NCBI GenBank assembly: GCA_000320545.1
Contig: ADNK01000887.1
Coordinates: forward strand, 1 to 41,970
Source of the DNA: Bigelowiella natans CCMP2755
Lineage: Eukaryota; Protista; Cercozoa
Reading direction: 5' to 3'
DNA: 41,970 nucleotides
The notes beneath the pieces were generated by a model. That model saw only the letters and a list, made by a program, of their open reading frames with translations, was not told where the DNA came from and made no database searches. This document shows positions 1 to 9,979 of the stretch, piece after piece. Made by a program: the position numbers and the translations under genes. How positions within the stretch are numbered: the first letter of the stretch is position 1; every line of letters begins with the position of its first letter.

Positions 1-1164
1 GACAAGGAGATAAGGTAGAGAGAATCTATACGTGGTGTTGGTGAAGCTCCGAAGCGATGAAGGTCTAAGGGAATAAGGAAGGAAGGAAGGAGCAACGTGA
101 CTTGGGGGAGGTGTAGCGCGTACCACTACGCGGGCACAAGTCACACTAACTGCTACCGTACCTGGGAGTCTGAGCTCCAGGCTATCCCTGATGAAGTTAG
201 CATAAACAAGATACCAAAGAAGTTACATGTGGATAATGAGACCTCTCTTCTACAGCTACCACACCCTAATATTGATGCCTCACCTGTATACTATGCCCAG
301 TCCAACTCCAAGGTAGAGCGACTCCACCGCACCTTGGCCAACCTAAGCAGGATAAATAGCACCACACCAGACAAGATACAAGGGTTAGTAAACGACACCT
401 TCACGTCTGGGGGAGGTATCAAGGATAAGGAGAGGGAAGAAGGCGACGACAACGACGACGATACCGAGAGCGAAGACGAGAAGGTCCCGTACGATGGCCG
501 AGTTCTAAAGGAAGGACAGTATGTTAGGGCCAAGGTAAATCTGAGATCGAGAAATAAACAAGACCCCTTCTGGGGTGGCGTTGCAAAGGTTACCGAGAGG
601 AAGGGGAGGAAGCAGTACTACATCTATGATGGGAACAGGGTCACCTTGCGCCACATCAGTCACCTAAAGAATTATGATATCGGTGAGAAGCTCCTAGAGG
701 ATGTTAAAGTAAACCCTACTGTGTGGGAGCGAGCAATGCCTTGTTTAGGACCCCGACCTAAGTTCGATGTGGAATATGGAAACAATAAGGTCAGGGTGAA
801 CGACGATTGGCGCATGAAGATTGTCTATCTAGGCTACCCTGGATTACGAAATATGGAGAGGGTAGCTATGAAAATAAAGGACGGAAAATATCAGCTACTC
901 TACCTAGCTGTTCCCGACTTACCCTTTGAGCACTGGTATAAGGTCCTGGGGGACCTTGATGCAGAGGGCTGGTATGGACACGAACCTAAGGACGAAGGTG
1001 AGTTCTGGGTAAGCGACAAAGGAGATAAGGTTAGAGAGGAATCTATTACCTGGTGGTTGGTGAAGTTCCGAAAGCGATGAAGGTCTAAGGGAATAAGGAA
1101 GGAAGGAAGGAGCAACGTGACTTGGGGGAGGTGTAGCGCGTACCACTACGCGGGCACAAGTCAC
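1..1164 (+). repeat. Direct repeat: 1-144 duplicates about 1015-1164 (1020-bp period)
   Basis: About 52-144 is identical to about 1072-1164. Bases 1-51 match with many single-base deletions. Confidence 0.9.
145..1080 (+). CDS. 5'-truncated retrotransposon integrase (partial catalytic core plus C-terminal GPY/F-SH3-like module) fused to a degenerate N6-adenine methyltransferase-like domain
   Basis: Open frame 97-1080, whose first 48 nt are duplicated 3'UTR/PPT/LTR sequence rather than a real start. Catalytic D at 232-234 and E at 316-318. Residues encoded by 700-1077 follow the Dam/DIRS MT pattern. Confidence 0.8.
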   Translation, partial: TNCYRTWESELQAIPDEVSINKIPKKLHVDNETSLLQLPHPNIDASPVYYAQSNSKVERLHRTLANLSRINSTTPDKIQGLVNDTFTSGGGIKDKEREEGDDNDDDTESEDEKVPYDGRVLKEGQYVRAKVNLRSRNKQDPFWGGVAKVTERKGRKQYYIYDGNRVTLRHISHLKNYDIGEKLLEDVKVNPTVWERAMPCLGPRPKFDVEYGNNKVRVNDDWRMKIVYLGYPGLRNMERVAMKIKDGKYQLLYLAVPDLPFEHWYKVLGDLDAEGWYGHEPKDEGEFWVSDKGDKVREESITWWLVKFRKR

Positions 1165-1457
1165 GTGCGACAACAAAGGGGTTGTCGCGGATATAGAATA
1201 TAGATAACGTAGATATTAATACAGCATAGGCACGTGGGTTCCGGCGGGACTCATGGCAGCACACCGGAAGTGTGCTGCCCCACGTGCGGCGGCATTCGCG
1301 AAAGCTTCGCGAATGATTACGCAGTGCACGATTTAATAAAAATATAATCTTTAATAAAAATAAACACAACTCTTCAAAAGGAAGCAAACGTGCCTTTCCC
1401 CCCCCCTGCCTACTTGTGCACGTAGCGCCTCGGCCTGTGAACACCTTACGCGCAACA
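1132..1457 (+). repeat. Long terminal repeat (326 bp)
   Basis: Starts TGTAGCGCGTA directly after the PPT and ends TACGCGCAACA, a 10/11 inverted terminal match with TG...CA ends. AATAAA signals at about 1335-1365. Confidence 0.85.
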
Positions 1458-2038
1458 AGGGTCAAGGAAGCCCAGAAGCGCTCAGGCCACCTCCTCGATC
1501 AAGCCTTTCATGATGACTTTTCATTCGTCAATCGAGCTATTGATTCACAATCCTTTCGAAATTCTGACAAGGAACACACTTGCGCTGCTAGCTGGCTGTA
1601 GCTGGACACGTCTGAAACAACAAGAACAAGCGGGTGGAGCAGGCACGAGCTCAACTGATTTGCCACCGCAGCACTATCAAGTACATCATCGGGCAATACC
1701 CGGTAGTCAAAGATCTCTCCCTTTTCTTTGGAGAGACAACAAGCATTGGCCGGAATTGCTGTAAACACCCTGAGCATGGGGAGAGTGAACTCCTTACAAA
1801 AACATCATGCGTACTTTCATTCCCATGTTTCTCTCCGCGATGCGTAATCACGCATAGAACAGCGACAGTTTTAGAGATGCGTCAAGCACGGAATCATGGA
1901 ACTGGAGAAGAACATACGGTGTTTTTCGCAGTTGCGTCACAAATTGCAATATCTCGAAACTCACAAACCCCAACCTCCGACGCACACCTCGTGGTTATCG
2001 AATCTTCCTAGTCCCTAGAAGAGACCAACCAGAGTATC

Positions 2039-4833
2039 ATGTCCGTCGGGATGAATATGTTGGGATCCACTGCGAGCCAGAGCCTACCTGAAGAATTAAC
2101 CATCAATGGGCGCAGCCAGAGGTTTCACACATTCGATGGGAAGAATTTCGACATGAACAACTACACAAGCAATAGGACTGGCAAAAAGAGAAAAGAAGAG
2201 AACGATTACACCATTGCCAAAGGGGAAGGATGGGGTGACTTGGAGAATAAACTGAAAGAACTCGAGCAGGTTCATTAACATTTTACATGGCAATGGTGGC
2301 CAGATTTTAAATTTCAATTTGAACTCTATCACGGTGTAATTTTAGTGCCTTTTTCCAATAGGCAAAAGCTGAGGATTCCGATGCTTCGCAGCCCAAATTT
2401 GGGACGTGGAATGGTGTCTTTGTGTCATGTTTGCTCAACATCTTCGGTGTTATCATGTTCCTACGTTTACCATGGACCGTCGGACAGGCTGGTATTCTTT
2501 TAACTCTGGTGATTATTTTTATTTCCAACGTCGTAACCACAATTACTACCTTATCGATGTCGGCGATATGCACAAATGGAGCGGTAAAAGCAGGAGGAGC
2601 ATATTATCTCATCTCTAGATCTTTGGGTCCTCGAGTCGGCGGACCAATTGGCGTAATGTTCTCATTGGGTCAAGCCGTTGCTGTTGCGTTATATGTAATT
2701 GGATTTTGCGAAACTGTTGTCCTTTTATCTTCTGACCCTGTAACAGGAGATGACTTAAACGACATCAGAGTCTTTGGCATCATGGTCGTCACTGTACTTT
2801 TAATTATGGCCTATATTGGTACGGGATGGGTAATCAAACTACAAATTGGACTACTAGGACTGCTGGTAGGTTCGATTACCTCCGTCTTAATCGGTTCTGT
2901 TGCGACGCCACCGAATGAAGACAAGGGATTTGTTGGCCCTGGAGGCTCGACCATTTCAGATAATGCCGGCCCTGAGTTTCGAGATGGGTATGATTTCTTC
3001 CAGGTCTTCGCAGTTTTTTTCCCCGCTGTTACAGGCATCATGGCAGGGGCTAACATTTCTGGTGATCTCATCAATCCCTCCGAAAATATACCAAAGGGCA
3101 CTCTTTATGCCATTATGGTTTCCACAGTTGTGTATATGGCAATGGCTATTGCTATAGGCGCAGTTGTGATTCGTGCACCTGAGGATTCAAGCGATGAAAT
3201 CGGGCTTTATGATGATCCGTTGGTTATGGTTGAGGTAGCTATTCCTTACATTGGAGGCCCGTTGGTACTTGCAGGTATCTTTGCTGCAACATTTTCCTCC
3301 GGCCTTGCTTCTTTGGTAGGAGCTCCCCGCATTTTGATGTCAGTGGCCCAAGACGATCTTATCCCAGCTTTGGCTCCATTTGGTGTATACCGACAATCAG
3401 ATAAATCACCAGTCAGAGGCTACTTCTTAACTTATTTTGTTTCGGGATGTTGTATCCTTATTGGGTCTCTAAATGCCATTGCACCTCTTATCTCCATGTT
3501 CTTCATGATCACATACGGTCTCATCAACTTGTCTACATTTGCTCTCGAGATGTCAAAATCACCGTCTTGGAGGCCAAAATTTACGTACTTTAATAAATGG
3601 GTATCATTTTTTGGGTTCTTGATGTGCCTTGTCATCATGTTTTTGACCTCATGGTACATCGCTCTTGCTTCCATTTTTCTTGCTGGCGCCCTGTACTATT
3701 ACATTCACTTTCGGGATCCTAACGTGAATTGGGGTAGTGCAAACCAGGCGAGGGAATTTTACGATGTTGAGAAAGCCATGATGCGTATGAGAAATCATCG
3801 TACTGATAATGATAAACTATATCGCCCACACTACCTGATCATGACTGGAGAGCCGAAAGACAGGTTGCATCTTTGTCAATTCATAGCATCATTGAGAAAA
3901 GGGTATGGAATTACGGTGTATGGTAATGTTTACACTGGAAGCTATCGCGAATCAGTGGTAGAATTCAGAAAGAAGGGTTTTGAAAGGGGATATTATGAAA
4001 ACTCTTCAGTTCCAACCCTCAAAGTTCGTGGCTTCTTGAGCACCGTTATCGCACCTTCAGTACGAGAAGGGTTGCAATCTCTCCTTTGCTGCGCGGGATT
4101 GGGAGTTTTAAGGCCTAATACATTGGTTCTGGGGTACAAGGAAGACTGGAAAAATGAAATGAGAATGGAAGAGAAGAAATTGGCTTCTGACACTGGGGAC
4201 TTGACAGTAAACAACTATGTCGATATGATTCGAGATGGATTTAAAATGGGTATGGGAGTGATGGTGTGCAGGAATCTTAAAAAGCTTGAGTGGAACTATG
4301 AAGCAGAAACCACCGATAAAACTATTGACATATATTGGCTTGTTGATGATGGCGGCTTAACTTTGCTTATTCCATACATTCTATCGTTACATGTGTGGTG
4401 GCAGCAGCGCACGGGTGCTGGTGAAAGGAAAGTTCCACTGCAGCTCATTTTAGTTGGCGACATTGACTCATGCAATACTGTCCAAACATTGGTCGACCTT
4501 TTCCGTATTCCATGTAAGATTAAACGCTGCCCCCTAAATTTAGGCAAAACCTCTGAAGCTTTGGAAAAATATAGTAAACCAAAAGTTGTAGCCAAAGTAC
4601 GAGAGGAATCAAAGGGGAAACTAGAGCATTGGCTCAAAATCGGAGAGCTCATTCAGACAGAGAGCAAGAATGCTTTAATGGTCTTTGTCACTCTCCCATA
4701 TCCATTGGTGGGAATCGAACCTGAACTTTATATGAAATGGTTGGACGCACTATCCACAACAGTCCCAACCGTACTCATAAGGGGCAATAACGAAAACGTT
4801 CTCACCTTCTACCTTGAAGGTAACCGTGGATGA
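2039..4833 (+). CDS. SLC12: SLC12-family cation-chloride cotransporter (NKCC/NCC-like); exons 2039-2269 and 2362-4833
   Basis: Motifs KFGTWNGVFVSCLLNIFGVIMFLRL, GGAYYLISRSLGP, FFPAVTGIMAGANISGDL, PSWRPKF, VNWGS, IDIYWLVDDGGLTLLIPY and LIRGNNENVLTFY. One phase-0 GT-AG intron (2270-2361) joins the two exons in frame. Confidence 0.93.
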
Positions 4834-5315
4834 GAGTATTCGGTGATTTGAAATGATGAAAAAAATTAATGGGTATACCTCTAGACCTACCTTATTTCAT
4901 ACCTTAAGCTAAGATTCATTTCATTTCTTAGCTACTCATAACCATGCATGTAGACATGAGCATAGCTACATAGCGCAGGTAGCATGAGTGATGCTGCCAC
5001 ACGCCGGCGACTCAGATGCATGCGCCTAAAAATGTCGATCGAGCGATCGACAATCATGCTGCAAACAAAGCAAGTGTCTATGAGTAGTGCTAGAGTGTAC
5101 ATGATCATGGGAGTGGAGAGTGGGGCCAGAAATATCGTGAGATTTAGGTAAATTTTTTAACTTTGTTGTAAATTTTAAATTTTGACTTTGCATTGTCATC
5201 AAGATTAGCAGCCTTATAAGATAACAAGGCTGCTTACATTTTACATGATGTGATGGCATCAATTAGTCAACTTGAAATAAATATAGTTTGCTGCATGGTG
5301 CAATTTGCAAGGATT

Positions 5316-7298
5316 TCACAAGGCTTTCGAGAACTTTTCCATCATTTCAATTCTGCTAATCTCACGCTGGTACGCATTTGCTCCGGCACAAGGAAGCTGG
5401 ACGCCTTTGAACTTGACATGATAGCTGCTTGGAGATATTTTAGTGGCTAATTGATCTGCAATTATCAGCGATTCCTGGCAATCGATCTTAATTCCGTCAG
5501 CAAGAGTATCTGGAGCTACTAGAGTTCCTTCAACAGACAATACCCAGCGGTCTTTGTGCACTTTCATTTCCCTCCACCTCACATTCTTAGCCTTCCATTT
5601 AATTCTTTTCCCTGTATCAATGAAAGTCTCGATGAAGGAAGAATCTTGATATTTCCAGTCATGTTCACCACCTATCGGCATTCCGAAATATGGAAGTGAT
5701 TTTCCACTCTCGTCTATGAACACCTTCGTCTGTCCTCTTTGTGACTGCAGATCGATCTTGTGCTGCTGCGCCCTCTCGATTCGCTTTGCCCGAGCCAAGC
5801 TGTTGTCTTTGAGTGCCATTTCAATGAGATTTTTCTTTTTTTTCCGAACAGTTTTCTCCATTTTAGCACCTGTGCAACCGTATGAGAATTTGTAGCCGCC
5901 TTGATACTTGATCTCTGGCTTGGGAAGAGCATATTCTTCAAGGGGCGTCGCTTTCCCCTGTGCAAGTTGCCACTTATCAAGCTCTAGCTTAAACTTATAC
6001 GTTCGTCCTTTCTCGATGTCATCGTCGGGTTTGTCTGCTGTAAGAGTTTTGCGAGCTACAAAGAACCAATGCCACTGAGAGTGAGCCTTAGGACCGAAGC
6101 CATAGTGCGTCTGCTTGGGAGAGGCTTTATCCTTGATGGTTTCATAGTCGAGTATACTTGCTTGCCCAGCGGATATTCCTTTGCTTGCCTCACATAGCAT
6201 TTGGCACGACTTATGAAGGTAGGATGCTGAGTGTAACGGCGATGATAAGCTCTTTTCTGTTGCTAACGTATCTTTTGGGCTTGATTTCTTTGTGCCTTGT
6301 TCTCCGCGTCTACCTTCGAACACAGCACCTCCTGCTCTGTTACCATTCATATCACTTGAAGGCTTGGGATCTTTAGAGGCCTCCTCGTGCGAGGACTTAA
6401 AGTGACTGCTCTTGTTAGTCTTTCGAATACTATTCACCGACGCTGAATTTACTTCAGCAGTGGTCGTGAAAAACAAATTGATGCTCATTCGCCCTCCCAT
6501 TACGTTCTTCTCCTTTATCACGGCGTGGCGCTGTCCATGCAGCACAATCGCGTTTCCATGCTTCATTCGGACTCGTTTGCCATTAACTGTTAGGGTACGG
6601 GTAGATCCCAAGGACATAGTAAGCTGGCGGCATGAGTGTGAGTGCTCAGGGCAGGTATTTGTGCCCTCGTCGTAAAGGCAAATGTAGACTTGGATGGGAA
6701 TAATTGCTTCACCACCTGAACATCGCTCAGCTTGGGCGAGTAGCGCAGCAATAAGAGGCTTGACAGGATAAAGATCTGGCGGAACTACGTTTTTGGGATC
6801 AACGGTGCCTCTGGGGGCATACGACCAAGACGCAACCTTCCTTGTCGCCCCGCTGCGAGTCTTCTTTATTTCCCAGTCGAGGCCCATCAGTTGCAGCTGG
6901 TAAATGCTAAGTTTTTCTTCAGTGATACTAGGTATCTCAGTCGGCAGGTGAAACGATATCCCTCTCCCTACCGACGCAGTTGATGATGATATTTCTCTGT
7001 TTTCCAGCTTTTTTGGTGTCGCTTGGGTTTTCTGCATATTTTTCCCTGTTTTCATTTTCTTCGTGCTTTTCTTCTGAGCGTCTTCCACTGGCGCTAAGCC
7101 CGTGACTTTTACCACCTTTTTTGTTCCGCACATCCCACAGAAATTATAATAAGGTGCGTTATTTGACTGGCATTGAAGGCAGACCCACGCAGGCAGTCCT
7201 TCATCTCTACAACGTTTGGTTCCAGTAGTCTTTCCTGCCTCTCCCTCCTTCTTCGTCTTCTTTACCTCCTCGACAACATGCACTGTATTCGCTGTCAT
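5316..7298 (-). CDS. Intronless 660-aa protein: RanBP2-type zinc finger, AlkB-like 2OG-Fe(II) oxygenase-fold domain and unassigned C-terminal region
   Basis: WVCLQCQSNNAPYYNFCGMCG fits W-x-C-x2-C-x3-N-x6-C-x2-C. LYDEGTNTCPEHSH...SLGSTRTL...HGNAIVLHGQRHAV...RMSINLFF follows the AlkB double-stranded beta-helix pattern. Confidence 0.75.
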   Translation of the reverse strand: MTANTVHVVEEVKKTKKEGEAGKTTGTKRCRDEGLPAWVCLQCQSNNAPYYNFCGMCGTKKVVKVTGLAPVEDAQKKSTKKMKTGKNMQKTQATPKKLENREISSSTASVGRGISFHLPTEIPSITEEKLSIYQLQLMGLDWEIKKTRSGATRKVASWSYAPRGTVDPKNVVPPDLYPVKPLIAALLAQAERCSGGEAIIPIQVYICLYDEGTNTCPEHSHSCRQLTMSLGSTRTLTVNGKRVRMKHGNAIVLHGQRHAVIKEKNVMGGRMSINLFFTTTAEVNSASVNSIRKTNKSSHFKSSHEEASKDPKPSSDMNGNRAGGAVFEGRRGEQGTKKSSPKDTLATEKSLSSPLHSASYLHKSCQMLCEASKGISAGQASILDYETIKDKASPKQTHYGFGPKAHSQWHWFFVARKTLTADKPDDDIEKGRTYKFKLELDKWQLAQGKATPLEEYALPKPEIKYQGGYKFSYGCTGAKMEKTVRKKKKNLIEMALKDNSLARAKRIERAQQHKIDLQSQRGQTKVFIDESGKSLPYFGMPIGGEHDWKYQDSSFIETFIDTGKRIKWKAKNVRWREMKVHKDRWVLSVEGTLVAPDTLADGIKIDCQESLIIADQLATKISPSSYHVKFKGVQLPCAGANAYQREISRIEMMEKFSKAL

Positions 7299-7895
7299 AG
7301 TTCTTCGTTGGTCGTTGAAATGTACGAGGGGAGTGGTTCGTCATTTCTTCGAGTTGTAGTTCCGGTCCTTTTCACGCCGAGTCGGAAGCCCTTACTCGTA
7401 GCTCGTCTGCGTTGGCAGTCTCCTTTTTCCCACTGCGACAAAGCACCTTCCCTAAATCCGCCCTCATCCGTTCTCCTCAAAGGCCACAACGCCCTGAACG
7501 CCCTGAAGATCTTCCAGGTCGGCCGAAAAGTTAAAACCAGTCGAAAAGAATATTTCGTCATCGATGTCGCCGAAAAAGAACGAAATTCAGCCAAACGGAG
7601 TTCAATGCTTTCATGAATATATCAAATGATTGCTAATTCTATCAAACGTCAATCTAAATGTGACGATAATGTTTAAAAGAGTGCCATTTCTGAGCACCAG
7701 TAACAGCAAACTAGCTCTTACGGAACAATCACGGCCATACCTCAGCACCAGTTGCTCGGAAAGCCATGAAAACACAATTGTGCATCCTATTTTCATCATA
7801 TTTTTGTTATAATTTCAAGTCGCACTCGAAGGACACATGGCATTCAGAAGTCAGCGAGCCCAACCTCCCAGTCCCCCCTATCAACCAGCCCCGAT

Positions 7896-9945
7896 ATGTG
7901 GGCTGCCGCGAAGACCGCCGCGGGAACCCAGCGGAGGGGATTCCTGCGGTTGGTACGGAGGTTGAGCCTAAGGAGTAATGCGGGAAGACTTCGAGCCTGG
8001 GGCAAGGTCGACATTGCTCCTATCTACTAAGCCAGAACCTTTTTTCGATGTTTTTTGCTTCGTTCGGCATGCTTTGCGCTGCGGGGTATCGTTTTTAACA
8101 GGCTTAGTGGACTAATCATAAAAAATCTATAACCACGCATTGAATGTATGACTGTTCGTGTGTAGAATTAGTCTGACACTTGCCTAATATTATCGTTGTA
8201 CAAATGCCTACAAACATCAATATCAGACCCAGCATCGCAGCTTCGGGCTCTGGAGCGACTTCAAGGAGAAATTTAATGACATGATGGAGAGGGATAAGGA
8301 ACTCAAGCAAGCTGTAGAGGTGCATGCGCCTTAGAATACCGGGGAGTTTGGGAGAGCGAAGCGAAAGAGAATTTCCGATACGATGATGTTTAAGCTCAAC
8401 AGGGATGAGTCACTGCTCAACTTCCCCTAGCCACTCTTCTTCTTCGGCGGGGGATAACATGGGTTGGGTGGTGGTGATTATCAATCCGCTCTGAGTATCT
8501 TACACTTTTAAACTTACTGCCATTGATGTCAGCATACAAAGGCCACGGTTTCTTTCTCATCTTATGTAGCTTTGTTGCCCATTGCTTACAGGACCTTGGG
8601 ATCTATGACAAGGATGGCGACAAAAAGGAGGGCGAGGATGAGAAAGAAAAGAAGGAAAAACAGGAGCAAGAGGCTGCCAATGAGACGGTGGAGGAGGAAA
8701 TGGACCCCGAAACAGCAGCTATTTTAGCTCAAGAGCGCAAGATGGCTCGCAGGGCGTTCGGCAATTTGATGAACGTTGCCACGGATAAAAAGGGCAAATT
8801 CATCCGGGTATATTATTTCGTTCACTGCAAATAATGTTCATGTATAACGCCTCCCATACACACGCGCCACCTGCATCATGGTCGTTTCCATAGAGCGACC
8901 TTTTCTTGCACTAAAAGTCTCCTTTTACTCCTGCAGCTGATTTCCCCGCGAATAGTAACCTTGAAGAAAATCTCATCTGCGTATGAGGAGCTTGAAGAAG
9001 AGGCGTACGCTGATGCTGAGCACTACGTAATCAATATAAAGCAAGAAGTTTTGCCAGCCCTTCTTTTTGAACACACTCTCCTTACCCACTCCTCTTGTCT
9101 GTGTAGGACGACGATCTTCTTGCGACGCATGTAGATCGGAGCACAGTGCTTGAGGTGTTGCGTGAGAAGGAAATCGAGTTGGAGGACCACGAGATACGGG
9201 CGTGCGTAGACATGTCCTCGACGCTGCCCGGAGAGGAGGAGGGTTCTGAGAAACGAGTCAATTTTGTGGAAGCATGCAACCGCGTGCAGATCCAGCTCCT
9301 CAATTGCTTCGGAAGAGATATGATATCTGCGTGCTATAACGCTGATGCAGGTTGTGTACAGAGGGGGGAGGGGGCGCAAATAGATACGGTGGCAGTGATG
9401 ATCTAAACATATTACTTACCTACATTGAATGATCCCTCCCTCGTGGAGGATGATATCAAACTATGTGGAGACCTGATCTGAGCCAACCGACTGATCAATA
9501 ATGCATAAGGCAGAGGGGGGCGGGAGGTGGTGAAGCTTGAAACAATCCCACATGCTGAGTACATATGCGATAAACCTGCTGCAGGTGGGAAAAACCGCCT
9601 GGATGAGAACGGATTCGCGAAGATATTGAACGAGTTCCTTTCCACAAATCTGGACGCCAAGGAGGTAATGTTTCATTCGTATTGGTCCGTGCCGCTGTTC
9701 TTGCCGTCATTGTTGTTTGTTTTCATCGGCGGTAGCACCGACGACACACCACACAGTCGCATACGTCCGCCCATACCCCTCAACCTCTCCCCCCAACCTC
9801 TTCTCGTTCTGACTCTGTCTCAGATTATCGAGCTGAAGGAGCTCTACGACGACGGGGAGGGCAACATCTTGTTCGAGGAGTGCATATCCAATGTGAGTGT
9901 TTTCCCCTACCGTGACCTGACCTTCACGGTCGTCGTTTTAACCCA

Positions 9946-9979
<34 letters not shown>

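Larger units (their letters stand above)
1..1457 (+). mobile_element. 3' part of a Ty3/gypsy-like LTR retrotransposon (integrase C-terminal half, PPT, 3' LTR), with an internal duplication at the window edge
   Basis: Integrase motifs PKKLHVDNET and SPVYYAQSNSKVERLHRTL, plus the gypsy-type C-terminal module DPFWGGVAKV...YYI...HISHLKNY. The ORF stop at 1080 is followed by a purine-rich stretch, PPT GGGGGAGG (1124-1131) and an LTR starting TG at 1132. Confidence 0.88.

Noticed and set aside
97-144. GTG start of the 327-aa ORF
   Set aside because: This is duplicated 3'UTR/PPT/LTR sequence that happens to be in frame. The real pol start is missing from the window.
1504-1572. ATGATGA...CTGA C/D-like pair just after the LTR
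   Set aside because: Not in an evident sense intron, the first stem pair is mismatched, and there is no recognisable rRNA guide.
8017-8181. Two adjacent hairpins ending in ACA in TIM44 intron 1
   Set aside because: No H box between the hairpins and no proper pseudouridylation pocket, so too weak to call an H/ACA RNA.
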